Assembly: GCF_002113885.1 (NCBI RefSeq)
Contig: NW_018408761.1
Span: 941,580 to 1,005,579 of the forward strand
Direction: 5' to 3'
DNA from: Mizuhopecten yessoensis
Taxonomy: Eukaryota
DNA length: 64,000 nucleotides
Shown here: positions 63,633 to 64,000 of the stretch, piece by piece
Layout: each line of letters opens with the position of its first letter
How positions within the stretch are numbered: position 1 is the stretch's first letter
Program-made: the position numbers and the translations under genes
The notes under the pieces: generated by a model
Told to the model about the DNA's origin: nothing
What the model saw: the letters and a program-made list of their open reading frames with translations, nothing else
Database searches by the model: none

Positions 63633-64000
63633 GTATGGTTTGGCAACACTTGCAAGAAAACATCTTGTTGTAATCCTACTGAGATTCAATTGTAACTGCT
63701 GTTCAGTGGAAAGACAGACATCTCCTCTTGATTAGCCAGTTTATTTATATCTTAGTAAGAAATTTCAAGAAATATTGGTACATTTTGTGCATGTTATACA
63801 GCCAGCATTTGTCTATAGAAATGATTACATTATAAAGAGGTTTGCCAATAAATTGAGGGGAATTTTTAAGAAAAAGAGAAATAGGAACCTTGAAATATGT
63901 TAGCAGTAAGCAAAGGGGAAAGGAACATGGTGCTTTATATCACAGTTTTACTGAATATCAGTGTTGCTTTGTTTAAACAGACTCACGACAACATGATATA

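Noticed and set aside
1-64000. Prokaryotic-style accessory or defence system (operon, CRISPR, toxin-antitoxin).
   Set aside because: There is no dense same-strand ORF array, no RBS-like spacing and no CRISPR repeat-spacer structure; all tandem arrays are monomer-only satellites without unique spacers. The sequence has eukaryotic hallmarks: GT-AG introns, an AATAAA signal, SINE, LINE and MITE elements, and satellites.

Overview
This window reads as animal-type eukaryotic genomic DNA, not a prokaryotic locus. It is AT-rich, has only one long ORF in 64 kb, shows GT-AG splice signatures, and is dominated by satellites and interspersed repeats. I found no operon-like gene array, CRISPR array, rRNA or canonical tRNA, and the sequence does not support a prokaryotic 'system'.

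Layout:
- 1–21.9 kb is a heterochromatin-like block carrying three unrelated short-monomer satellites (44 bp, 43 bp, 41 bp). The unique DNA between them holds copies of a dispersed non-autonomous element family, and one copy carries a nested tRNA-derived SINE.
- 22–53 kb is gene-poor. It contains mini- and microsatellites, two MITE-like elements, further copies of the dispersed element, and several long hairpins or palindromes.
- 53.3–56.3 kb holds a decayed, 5'-truncated CR1/L2-like LINE (RT and C-terminal ORF2 remnants) on the minus strand. It is flanked by a CA-rich microsatellite and a 27-bp AT-rich minisatellite.
- 57.2–58.5 kb holds the only long ORF, an intronless, highly charged coiled-coil protein of about 430 aa on the minus strand. 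A cluster of CRE/ATF-type TGACGTCA-like sites and a TATA-like box sit immediately upstream of it.
- 60.8 kb to the window end holds a multi-exon plus-strand gene whose first exons encode a BRCT-like domain followed by a basic NLS. A foldback MITE lies about 200 bp upstream of its ATG, and a 150-bp element is duplicated in an intron.

The most interesting signals are the extended CRE motif TGACGTCACAAT recurring at three loci, the modular dispersed element with variable internal tandem arrays and a terminal ~185-bp palindrome, and the organisation of the satellite block.
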